Positions 1 through 10,774 of a stretch of 33,738 bases of DNA are shown one piece after another. The first letter of the stretch is position 1, and each line of letters opens with the position of its first letter. The stretch is from Nemertoderma westbladi (Eukaryota; Animalia; Xenacoelomorpha): the NCBI GenBank assembly GCA_032718475.1, contig JAUCBJ010002376.1:1-33738 (forward strand), in the 5' to 3' direction. The notes below the pieces were generated by a model, which was not told the DNA's origin, made no database searches, and saw only the letters and a list, made by a program, of their open reading frames with translations. The position numbers and the translations under genes are program-made.

Positions 1-27
1 GTAAATAATCTTGTACAATTATCTCAC

Positions 28-168
28 CTTGTATTGATTCAACAAGGATGGCACCCAACCCGGTTGGCACTGGTAACTAACTCTATCTCCGTGACGAATC
101 ATCAATAAATTGTTGGACATTATAACTCCATTATACGGAGGCGGGAATGGTCTTCCGCAGGCAGGGAC
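28..168 (-). CDS. Exon of spliced Sushi/CCP-domain gene (N-terminal half of third visible CCP module); gene continues off the left edge
   Basis: Minus strand tttgtag|GTC...AAG|gtgaga; 141 nt, phase 0-0; VPACGRPFPPPYNGVIMSNNLLMIRHGDRVSYQCQPGWVPSLLNQYK matches the CCP pattern C-x-x-P...NG...G-x-x-V-x-Y-x-C-x-x-G-aromatic. Confidence 0.85.
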
Positions 169-527
169 CTACAAATTGTATTAAATGATACGAAACAATT
201 TAGTTGTGAGATTATAACGTAATACTATGATGTCTGCCAGACATTTTCGTACAATGGGGAAGGAAGCAAATTAAATTAAATTAATGACTAAGACTAATCC
301 AAAACCGAATACATTCATATTCGCGCATCCATTTCCCATGAAACGTATTCATTATATTGTTTTCACCACTTCTTCCCACACCTTCATCATTAGGCCAATG
401 AGAGAGAATTGTCTGCCCATAGACCTAATGATAGAAGTGAGACTAGTAGGGGTGAAATCTCACTATCTTCGCCCCCTAATAAGTTAAAGAATCCTATTAT
501 TATTGGTGCCCTTTTTCTTATTCTTAC

Positions 528-658
528 CTGCCCAGCATTCATGCACGTATATTTGACAGGTGTCCAACCATTTTGTGTACATACTGTTACTACGTTTCCT
601 ATGGCAACAAGACCACCAGTACAGCCGTATCGAACCTTCGCGCCAATTGTTGTTGTGG
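528..658 (-). CDS. Exon of Sushi/CCP gene (C-terminal part of second CCP module)
   Basis: tttactttttag-type acceptor ag|CC...CAG|gtaaga; 131 nt, phase 1-0; (A)TTTIGAKVRYGCTGGLVAIGNVVTVCTQNGWTPVKYTCMNAGQ carries CCP Cys2, Cys3, Trp and Cys4. Confidence 0.88.
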
Positions 659-679
659 CTAAAAGTAAAAGTAAATTTA

Positions 680-775
680 AAGTTTTCTTCGGCCGTTAGG
701 CCACGGATTACGCAAAAAAGTGTTATGATGACTTATTTCCAGTGCGGTCCCCCCAGAACTATACTGACAAGAGGA
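680..775. repeat. Short dispersed repeat, second copy at ~18032-18102
   Basis: Identical 23-mer aagttttcttcggccgttaggcc at 680 and 18032, followed in both by ccagt(g/t)cggtccccc..aact..tatact..aagagga. Confidence 0.7.
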
Positions 776-1689
776 AACTCTAATGCCGATTTAGCTACCA
801 CTTAGGGATGCAAGGCTGCCGAACCATCATGGCCATTCATGCCGAAACAAAAAACTCCCCTGGCCCAGGCCAGGATGCAGAGCTCAAGCCTGTAGACTAT
901 AATTAATTTGAAATTATAATAAATTATTTTATTCTTAAATTATTACTTTTTCTCCCGAATATACCAAAAAAAGTGGGAGAGAGTTTTTTTCGTGGTAAAA
1001 AAGGAAACCATAGGATTGCATTGAATTTACTTATTTTGCCGGGGGAAAAAACAAAATAAAGAAATTAAGTAAAATAAGTAAATATGAAAATATTTTTGGT
1101 GGGATTTCTTAAATATAACCAAATGTGCTATTGAAGTACTGAAGTATAAAAAGTTGCACGTAATTTGATCACAATAAATGCGCATTACAACTTTAAGTTA
1201 TTACTTTAGTTTCTGCACGCGAACACCAAAACAAAACTCAATAATATTAAATATTGTTATATGTATTTCAGTTGCACTCCACAGTACTTAAGTCATAAAT
1301 ATTCGAGAAAATTATATTATTTAACTTTGAGTAAAGTATTAAATAAAAAAATAAATAAAAATAAATTTTCAAAAACCACTGTTTTTTTCGTAAAACAAGT
1401 TATTATAAACAGATAAAAATAATTGCAAAACTACAACAACTGCTCGAATTTTGCTTTTGCAGACACAACAAGCTTTGATTTGATTCCTAAAACTTGAAAA
1501 TGTAATTTCGAGATCATTGCCTTTAAAGTTTGAACGACCCCGGGCAAAACTGTCCGTCAAGATATAAGAATCTAATCTCTGTTAATGTATTTATATCTAT
1601 CCATAAGAAAGCACAATTATTTAATATGTTTTCATTAAATCCAATTTCCAGTAGAATTTCTACATGAATATATGACCAACAATAATTAT

Positions 1690-1822
1690 TTATTACATGG
1701 GAAGGAAACAAGTATAATTTTTTTCATTATTCTCGAGGCATTTTATTTACCGAGCGTTAGCGAGGTTAATAAATGGTCGAGATAATATTGAAAAAAAAAA
1801 GGTTTCTTTGCCCATGTAGTAA
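1690..1822. mobile_element. Fully palindromic MITE-like element
   Basis: ttattacatggg...cccatgtagtaa termini, inner arms ttttcattattctcga / tcgagataatattgaaaa, centre accgagcgttagcgaggt. Confidence 0.65.
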
Positions 1823-2039
1823 TTTAATTCTTAAATTGGTACTTTTTTGTTGCTCAATTCTTTAATAAAACATAGAGCGATATACAGTCATCAGTATCGG
1901 TAGTGTTACAAAATAAATTGAACTTACCCCCAAGTATTTTACTATATTGCTTTAGCTAAAAACTAACAATTTAAGAGTAAAATAACAATTATTATTCTTT
2001 TTTTCGGCATCAACCATAACCAAGGACTTCGAGAACATA

Positions 2040-2225
2040 TAGTATAGGCTCTAAAGGCTCCCCTTTCTATATAGCTGCTGCCCGAAGGTAGGGGTGGACG
2101 CTACCATCCACCCCCTTGCTTGTTTTGCTCACAGTAATTCAACTGGGTACTCATTTTATCGACCCTGCAGGGGATAAAAGGCTGAGTTGACCATGGCGGG
2201 GTTCGAACCTACAACCAATAGATTT
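2040..2225 (-). mobile_element. tRNA-derived SINE fragment
   Basis: Minus strand B-box ggttcgaaccc followed by ggtcaactcagccttttatcccctgcagggtcgataaaatgagtaccc, resembling the conserved central domain of MetaSINE/MESC-type SINEs (recognised from memory). Confidence 0.7.
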
Positions 2226-2967
2226 CCGCCCCGGCACTCAAGAAGTCAAGATGAAGGCGGAAAATGTAAAATCAATATTCATATGTACACGTACAGTCTG
2301 CGTGTTCCTGTCGATAAATAATCTCAATATCAAATCTCATGAAAATCACGCCAGTTGTTGTTGACTTACAACTATTTCAGAAAATTACTATAATTATAAC
2401 AATATTTGGACTAAATAGGGTATCGGTATAAAATATGTGAAATATATTACAAGTTAAATTATAAATATTAAAATTGTATAGATATTATTGTGTAAATAAA
2501 TTCCGTACGGTTTCCGCTGTAGAATGCAGTATTTATCGTACCGGTAGTACTCTATCTAGATGTTGATGGGTATTAAGCCCAATACGATACAGTTGCACTT
2601 ACAATAGTTTCAGTATCTGCTGCAAGCAAGTCTGCACCTACAGAAGTAGCATACAGGACAAGCCTATTACTGTATTAATTGCTATTAGTATTTAAAAGTA
2701 TTGTAAAGTACATGAGTAACTTCTCATAAACTCGCGGAGGGGCAGATTCGCCTGGGACACCGGTACGTTAGCCGTAGGTATTCTTCAGTTACTAGAGTAG
2801 GCTTAGCTAACAAACTATGGTGCTTATTGTACTACAGTAAGTAGGAAGGTTTGGGCATAAAGCTGTGTTAATAAACAACTTCAAATGCCAATCTGCCAAT
2901 GGGGAAGGTCCAAACAGTATTGGTCTGACTGAACCTGCTGACTGTTGAGGCTAGATTGTTGGGATAA

Positions 2968-4890
2968 TCCGCGCTAGCAGAATTACGAAATCGCCCTTGC
3001 CAGGGCAGCAGGGCATGACTGGTCCTCTCTGTTGCAACTTGCAACAGCCCAGTGTGAGATCCTGCTTCACACTAAAGCTGAGCAACAGGTACGAGGTTCT
3101 CGCCTCTGAGGCAACAGATCAATGCGAGGGCTATAGGGCTACTGCCTTCACAGAAGCAATGCAGCTCTAGCTGCAAAAACAGTACCTGTATACCCTAAAA
3201 ACAGGAAAAAGGCCTCCTGGACTGACCACAGAATTTGGAGGTGCCGAAATGACCTCTCTAAGGCGCAGGATGTGTCCCGCCGACTCGGACAGCCAATGAT
3301 GCAGTTAAGGCTGCATCTAGGTCCCTTAACAGACAGTACTCTGATAATCTGAAGGAGCTTATCAATAAGCAGGTTGATGTCATTAACAATGCTGATGACA
3401 GCAGGCAATCAGCCCAGGCATGGAAATCAATAAGCCTGATCACTGGGAGGAAAAGCCAACCAACCACCAAGGTTACAGCTGAATCTCCAGCTGAACCCCT
3501 GAAAGGTTGGAAGGACCACTTTAAGAAGCTTCTACACATTTACACAGGGACGGATTATGGATTTTCGGGCCCCCGGCAGTCGCAACTTAAGGGCCCCAAA
3601 CCCCCTCCCCCGAAAACGAAAAACCAATTGCAAAAATTGTTTGACCTCGTTGGTAAAAATAAGTAACGCTGGTGATATTTTTTTCAAATAAAACAATATA
3701 TTCGATGTATATACGTAACAGAAATCACTGTGGACAGAATAGTTGAATTTCGCTAAATTGAAAATCAGTGAAAAAAGCGGTGAAAAGTTAATTATTTTAA
3801 ATAATTTTAATTTTTTCCTCAAATTACACCATCCAAAAGACATCAATTCTATATTTAGGAACGACTGCCATACTGACAGCGTACACGCGTTGGGTAGTGA
3901 CTAGAGACATACTGAAAAATAATGTGTGACTTTGATTGGGATATAATAATTTTGAAAATATAAAGGTAAATCAATAAATTAGTCAACAATTACTTTAAAA
4001 AAAATTTCCTTGCATTGTGACTACTGAATGATTTCAGATAAATCTAATTGAAAAGTAAATTAAATGTTAATTGTAATAAATACAGTAATTTTTTAATTTA
4101 CTATTATTTCAAATCGACCATTTTGCTAACGTTTTCCGTCAAGCATTACTTTACACTTTCAACATTTTTTTAAACACTTTAAAAATTCTATGGGACACTG
4201 TGCTCTGAATGGTGCTATATGGTGAGACTCTAAATATTTATACAGCCAGAAATTAATAAATAAATGAGGTTGTTTTATCACTTTATCAGTGAGATGATGT
4301 TCGGTAAATTTCTTCCAACTCGCGGGCCCCTTCCAACTTACGGGCCCCCGGCAGCTGCCCCTGTTGCCCCCCCCCCCCCCCCTTAATCCGTCCCTGCATT
4401 GACAGGGAATTGCCTGATACCTTTGGGGTACATCATGTATCTGAGTCTGCGCTCACAGATATCCCCATTGGTGACACCTCCTTTGCTGACATCAAGACTG
4501 CAGCTAGGAGCATCAAGACCAATCGTGCCAGTGGAGTAGATGGCGTGCCCCCTGAGGTCTTTAAAATTCCTGAGTGCTTGGAGCTCATTCACCCCATTAT
4601 TGTGGACATGTATAGGACAAAGAGAGTCCCTCAAGAACTGAAAACAAATAAGTTGGTGCCTGTCCCAAATAAGGGCAACCTAACAACCCGTGGAGAGACT
4701 CGATGTTGAGAGACTGTTATGTGGGGACGAAAATTGGTTCCGCAAAGGTCATGGAACCATGGAGCCTATTCTGGCACGCAGAAGGATAATTGAAAAGTTA
4801 TCAATAAAGAAAGACAGACAAATAGCTATTTTCTTTGTTGACTTATTTAAAGCCTTCGACTCAGTCTCCCGATCACGTATGTTCACCATA
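2968..4890 (+). mobile_element. Decayed RTE-clade non-LTR retrotransposon (linker plus N-terminal reverse transcriptase), interrupted by a hAT MITE
   Basis: LSNRYEVLASE, WKDHFKKLL, RASGVDGVPPEVFK, LVPVPNKGNL, FRKGHGTMEPI, FVDLFKAFDSV; frameshifts and a deletion; homologous to the copy at 20500-20993. Confidence 0.85.
3545..4396. mobile_element. Non-autonomous hAT-type DNA transposon
   Basis: 13-bp TIRs cagggacggatta / taatccgtccctg; 8-bp TSD catttaca (3537-3544) / cattgaca (4397-4404); subterminal gggcccccggcag repeats; no ORF. Confidence 0.88.
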
Positions 4891-5204
4891 GCTGCATGGA
4901 TGGCCCACCCTAGTATTCAGCTGTTTAGGACTTCTTGATATAAACCTAAATGCACTCCTTTCAATGGCATCACTAAATGGCCCCGGCGCATATTTTAATA
5001 AATTATGGGATACCGTGACCAGCCTGCATTTTTCGCAATTTCTTTTTAATGACTACGAGAAGGAATTTTCATTAAAACGAGAATTTAGTGTAAAATTTAT
5101 TTTTTATAGCCACCCTTAAACCAACCATATCCATACGAAGTAGCAAAATGTATTAATTTAGGCAGCCTGTTTAAATTATCCACGATATATTCATTCTGGA
5201 ATGT

Positions 5205-7433
5205 ATGGATGACAAGGAGTGTTCTATTTTCAAATCCCCATTTTCTGCAAAATCCACATTTTGGAATGACACGACATGCCCTTGCGATTTCTCTTCTCCA
5301 ACCGGTGAATTAATCTGGTCCGCATATGGGGATGCATTCACAGATGCTGCTGGGCCTGCATTCACAGATGCTACAGGGGATGTATTCACAGATAAAGCAG
5401 GGGATGCATTCACAGAAACATCAGGGGATGCATTCACAGATCTAGGATGTAAAGCTGAGAATGGAGTTACATCTGGGGCTCTTGACTCTGAAACGTCTGC
5501 AACCGAATCTACAATCGCGCATCGCAGCTGTAGGTGGAGCAGCGCATCAGATGCGACATTGAAACGGTTGGTGACTAAATATGGGTATCAGTGTTGGAAT
5601 CGAGTTGCTAAAGGATTTAAGAACAGGTCAGCACGGAGTTGCCATGAACGATGGAGAAAATTGAAGAGAGACGAGGCAATTTGTAAGAAGCGCACGATAA
5701 AATCTAAATTTGGGAATGGTAATTGGACCAAAGAAGAGGATGATAAGGTTGTAGAGTTGGTGCGCAAATACGGTCCACGGCGGTGGACTCTGATATGTAA
5801 ATACATCACGGGGCGGGTTGGAAAGCAGTGTCGTGAGCGCTGGCATAATCATTTAAACCCCGAACTTAAAAAGGCGAAATGGTCCTTGGCCGAGGATCGC
5901 ATTATCTACTATGCTCACAAAAAGTTTGGCAACAAATGGGCAGACATTGCTAAACTGTTGCCCGGACGAACTGATAATGCTATTAAGAACCACTGGAACA
6001 GTACATTGCAAAGACTGCTGGAGGAGGGGGGATGCACCATGAACGATCGTCTGCCAGACCCACAACCATCGCCTTTCACCTGCAACGATGTTATAAACAT
6101 CTCGGGAGAGGAACTAGAAGAGTTGGAGCCTATCGCTATCATTATGAGCGACGATGGGCGACATATTCCAGTGCTGAAGAAAGTCAATTTTGAAAGCCAT
6201 TTAGGTGAGGAATTTTGCGATCCTGAAAATTTCGATTCTTTTATTAACGAAATTTCAACCACAAAATCGAAGTTTTACGCGATGGAACCACTGTCCCCCA
6301 CTAAAGAGTCAGTATCAGAAATTATACCATCAGAGCCTCAGCTAATATCAAACGATCAACACTCCCAATATGAGGCAGACCATGAGCAAATATCACAAGG
6401 GTCATCTTACAGGCCAATTCTAAACAATTCGACCTCCAATGGTATAAATTGGCAATATGCGGAATCATTCAGAAACGAGAATGGTTTGCCTTTATATGAC
6501 CCAATCCCACCACTTAATACATTAAGTGAACCACTTTCCGATCAAGAGCCTTTGTGTGAGCCGTTCTCTCAACAAGGACCATTCTTTGAACCAATATCAC
6601 ATTTTGCGTCATTCTATGAACCTGCCCCTCATTATGAACCATTCTCACAACAGGAACACATCTATGAGCCAATCTACAATCAAGGCACTTCATCTGCACA
6701 AGGGTATCATAACGGACAATTACCTGACCTGGGCGTCCTCCATGGTTATTTACCCAACCACGGTCCATTACAAGGGCAAACATATGGCCCGTTAACTCAA
6801 CCTGTACCGCAGGATGGGCCATTCAATTACTCCGCATTCCAAGGGCGGTCTATGTCTAAACCGTTATCACCATCTCTATCATATGACCCCCGCTTCAAAA
6901 AAATATCAACATCCCAACCGGTCCTACCCAACGAATTACCTACAATGCCAGTTTCCCCAACGTTCTATCTAAGGTGTCCAATAGAAACCGTAGCTAAAGA
7001 AAAACCGTTTAGTGAGATATCCACCTCTGGGCAAGATAATACTTCATATTCCTCTGTAATGTCACAACCTAAAGCTCATCAATATATTGAGAGCCCTGTA
7101 GTCAATCGTCCCTCCGAAGAAATTAATCGAAAACCTCTGCCAATGTTTAAATTCAAAGGATGTTCTAGAAAGGATTGGAATGCCTCTAACAGGGTCTGTA
7201 TGACATACAACTCTACGGGCAACCATGTGCCCGGTGAGTGGGCCTATAAACCTCGCAAATATTATTCCTGCAACGATAACGTTTGGAATAAACGCGGTTC
7301 TAAGAAGGATAGTAAGTTCTCTCCGTCGCTAGTTCTCAGGGGTCGGTCATATAATTCTGAAGTTTTAAAGCTACCAGTGTTGAAGCTCGAAACTTATATT
7401 CAAAATAAAACTACGAAACCGAAACGAACCTAG
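5205..7433 (+). CDS. Myb: Intronless R1R2R3 Myb-family transcription factor (divergent), 742 aa, nested antisense in the CCP gene intron
   Basis: R2R3 close to animal c/A/B-Myb ([21 protein letters not shown]...[55 protein letters not shown]); degenerate R1 retains three Trp; AATAAA at ~7510. Confidence 0.93.
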   Translation: MDDKECSIFKSPFSAKSTFWNDTTCPCDFSSPTGELIWSAYGDAFTDAAGPAFTDATGDVFTDKAGDAFTETSGDAFTDLGCKAENGVTSGALDSETSATESTIAHRSCRWSSASDATLKRLVTKYGYQCWNRVAKGFKNRSARSCHERWRKLKRDEAICKKRTIKSKFGNGNWTKEEDDKVVELVRKYGPRRWTLICKYITGRVGKQCRERWHNHLNPELKKAKWSLAEDRIIYYAHKKFGNKWADIAKLLPGRTDNAIKNHWNSTLQRLLEEGGCTMNDRLPDPQPSPFTCNDVINISGEELEELEPIAIIMSDDGRHIPVLKKVNFESHLGEEFCDPENFDSFINEISTTKSKFYAMEPLSPTKESVSEIIPSEPQLISNDQHSQYEADHEQISQGSSYRPILNNSTSNGINWQYAESFRNENGLPLYDPIPPLNTLSEPLSDQEPLCEPFSQQGPFFEPISHFASFYEPAPHYEPFSQQEHIYEPIYNQGTSSAQGYHNGQLPDLGVLHGYLPNHGPLQGQTYGPLTQPVPQDGPFNYSAFQGRSMSKPLSPSLSYDPRFKKISTSQPVLPNELPTMPVSPTFYLRCPIETVAKEKPFSEISTSGQDNTSYSSVMSQPKAHQYIESPVVNRPSEEINRKPLPMFKFKGCSRKDWNASNRVCMTYNSTGNHVPGEWAYKPRKYYSCNDNVWNKRGSKKDSKFSPSLVLRGRSYNSEVLKLPVLKLETYIQNKTTKPKRT
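5328..5447 (+). repeat. Coding 24-bp tandem repeat x5 in Myb N-terminus
   Basis: ggggatgcattcacagatnnnnnn; [40 protein letters not shown]. Confidence 0.9.
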
Positions 7434-8472
7434 TTATCGGGATTAATTCAAGCTGCTAAGATTCCGCCACAGGATGTTTTTTCGCTTGTTTTTGATGAGT
7501 TAACTTAACAATAAATAATTGTCGTCGTCCCCGTTGGATACGCTACATCCTATGATATGTAATGCAGTAAAGTTTATATTTTAAGTTGGTTTGATATTCT
7601 CGGAAGGACCATAATTAATTAGTTGTTCGTATAATTTAGGAAACTTATAACTTATTCACGTGGCCGGTATTTCGGCCAATATGTCACAACATGTTTTGTC
7701 ACAACAGGCACTACATTTTATGATAACACTTGACACTACCAATTGACAATTTGGCCTACTGTAAGTGATCCAATCACTTACAAACAAAATAACTTTTTTT
7801 AGAAAACAAAAAAATCTGCGACCAAGGCGAAACAAACCTTTCTATGCCCAACCGGTAACTTTTTTAGGTTAGTTTAGATCTAATTTTGATGACAGGGTAA
7901 AAAATTTTGGTTTTTTTTTCAAACATAAAACGTGGTTCCATAGTCTGCTACGGGCACAGCAACTTCACTGGTTACCGTAGTCTGGTTACCGTCTAAATAA
8001 GTGATTTCTACACTTTTGTACATATTTGTTAAGTTACACTAGGTAGGTATATTCGTGTATTTCTGTCTTCTGTGTATATTACATATATTAACGTACTACA
8101 GTTGTTTTTTAATTTTATTTTTATTTTTTTTTTTAATTTTATTAGGATTTTATTTTTTTTTAATGCACATTTAAATAATAATAATAATAAAATACATGAC
8201 ATAATACAATTAACGAACATACAATTAACGTACTACAGTTGTCGGTATATAATTTATTTATAGTCACAGTAAATAAATAGTTTCAGTATTTATTTTTTAA
8301 AACGGGTTTCTATATCGATTGTAATATTGTATGTTGTGCAACAGTCGGGTAATTATTTGGTTTTATTTGGGTTTTGTATTTTTATTAATCTTGCCTTGAT
8401 GTTGTTTTTTGTGTATTTTGTATATTAATAATTATAGGCCTACAGCTGTTATTTTTTCATTGTCTGGTAGTT

Positions 8473-10193
8473 CAATAGGGTTTGTGCGCAAAAAATAGTT
8501 GGGCTAGAAACAATCGAATAAGGGGTAACCCAGGTGACCTGAATCGAGAGGCGGGGTGGGGTGTGTGTGATTTTTGTAAAAACAAGTGGAAACGGTCGAA
8601 ATGACGGGTTTAAGTAAGCCCGGGAAGCCAATTTTGAAAATCGGCTGTGATTGGCTGCTGAAGTGAGCTAGAACACTAGCAGCCTAGCTTTACAAACTGA
8701 TCTGATAATTCTTATCTTGGTTTCTATGGATGGAGATTTTCGATTGATTCAAGTTGAGTTGAGTTAAGTTTATTATTTATTAGAAAATCCAAGTGTTCAA
8801 TTAAAATTCGCACAACCAACAAATTATGTCACATTTTTGAAAGTGAGACTGATTATTATTATAATATTATTATTATTTGTCTGTTGGTAAATGTCAATTT
8901 GAAAAAAAATTACTTCTGGTAGACGACTGAAATAGCATTGCTAGTTCTTCAGACGCTTCCGCAGAATAAATTTGGATTATTAAAAGTTGGTGTGAAGAAA
9001 AAGTAAATAGGTAGAAAGGTAGAACAAGCTAATGAAGCACAGTTCAGAGAGATTCCAGCCGCGGTAGTACATAACAGTTTTGATAAAATTGACAAACTTA
9101 CGTAATCTGAAACGAAATTGTGTACGACATAATCAGTGGTTTCAAGTATAACAATAGTTGGAAATTGAGCCAGAGCAATAATGGTTGAATGATTCATTAT
9201 AAGGCCCAAATAAATTCTGCTCAGACAACAGCTTTAAGATGCAACCCCTAAGAGGTTTTGGTTTAGTTTTTTTAAAACACAGATCTACTGGAAATTGACC
9301 GGAGATTGGCACTTTACAACTTTAGAGGACATTACAGCATCGTATTGGCCTGTACATTTAGTATTGTATTTGGTGTTAGTAGTTAAAAATTGGAGTTTAG
9401 AGGGTTCCAATGAATCAAATACACATTTAATCTCAATCATTTTACACGTGGCTTATTAATTGAAAGCTCTGTCTTACGCATCTTTTGACACTATAATTAT
9501 TAATTTCATGAAAAATTAATAATTAATTCATTAATATTAATTCATAATTAAATTCATGATGAGAAAAATTCATAAAATGCTATTCACAATTTATTTTAAA
9601 CTCGGCAGTTACAGATTAATAATAACATTAAACTTGTAATACCGGTCAGTCGGTACTATAATAATTGGCAGTAGGCTACTCAGCTCCTTGGAAAATTAAA
9701 ATGTATACCGGTCACCGGTAGTGTAAGCCGTAAGCAATACAGCAATACTCACATACTACAATGCAATAGGCCGATAGGGCGGGCTGCAATCTGCTGAGTT
9801 TACAATTTTTAACAACATTTTATCAATGTTCCTCATCATGAATTTAATTAATTTTAGTGTCAAAAGACGCGCAAGACTCTCCGCTTTCAATTGATATAAG
9901 CCACGTGTGAAATGATTGAGATTTAATGTGTATTAGAATCGATCGAAAATCTCTCCCCATAGAAACTAAGATAAAAAATTATCAGATCACTTTGTAATGA
10001 CGTCAAATATTTATTTAGCAGCCAATCACAGTTGATTTTCAAAATTGGTTTCCCGGCTTACTTAAACGCGCCATTTCGAACGTTTCCTCGTGTTTTTAGA
10101 AAAAAACAAATCTCGCCACTCGATTCGGGCGCCTTGTTACCCCTTATTCGATTGTTTCTAGCCTAACAATGTTTTCGCGCACCAAACCTATTG
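8473..10193. mobile_element. Foldback/long-TIR non-autonomous DNA element with an insertion in its left arm
   Basis: 8473-~8752 plus ~9410-9510 is the diverged reverse complement of ~9835-10193 (e.g. ctagaaacaatcgaataaggggtaac / gttaccccttattcgattgtttctag; cacgtggctta / taagccacgtg); no clear TSD. Confidence 0.8.
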
Positions 10194-10774
10194 TAGCAGT
10201 TTATGATAACGCAATGGGCAGTGAAAGCTGTGAATTACAAATGTTTTTCTACGTTATCAGTTTATTACTTTGTTTACAAATTTATTATTTATGAGGTCAC
10301 ATTATCGGTCCATTCATATCGATGGTTTCATTGTAATTCAGTTATATTTAAAAAGTTAATATTTTATTTTTACACGTTGTTTAGTTTTTCTGGATTTTGG
10401 GATATTTTCTTTGTTTTATTACACATTTTGGAATTCTGATTCGAAAAACTAATTCGCCAATCGCCAATATTCAGTATTACTTGTTGAACTAAATGTTTAA
10501 GTTATTTTATTATGTTAAGTACACGTGTATATTTGGAGTGTTTATTTTACTTTGTGTTGCTTGTTTTAAGTCTGTTATTTTTGTGTCTGTTTTTATCTGT
10601 TTGACTTCCTCAGTTACTAGGCCTTGTTTTGAGATAAATTATTCTTACGAACTATATTTACTAAAAAGAAACATTATAATGTTGAGTCTTTATACGTTAA
10701 AATCGTGAACCGACGTTTCTATAAATACGTAGATCAGCAACTTATTTTCCTAAAATACCAAGGACTACTAATAA

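Noticed and set aside
281-424. Extra minus-strand CCP exon VYGQTILSHW...SH*
   Set aside because: It has an acceptor but no good phase-0 donor, and exons 528-658 and 28-168 already join in frame; at most an alternative terminal exon
284-805. Plus-strand ORFs of 67-96 aa
   Set aside because: They overlap or are antisense to the CCP exon region and have no recognisable product
2190-2225. tRNA gene (also at ~16285)
   Set aside because: Only a B-box is present, with no cloverleaf; explained by the SINE and the MITE-like element
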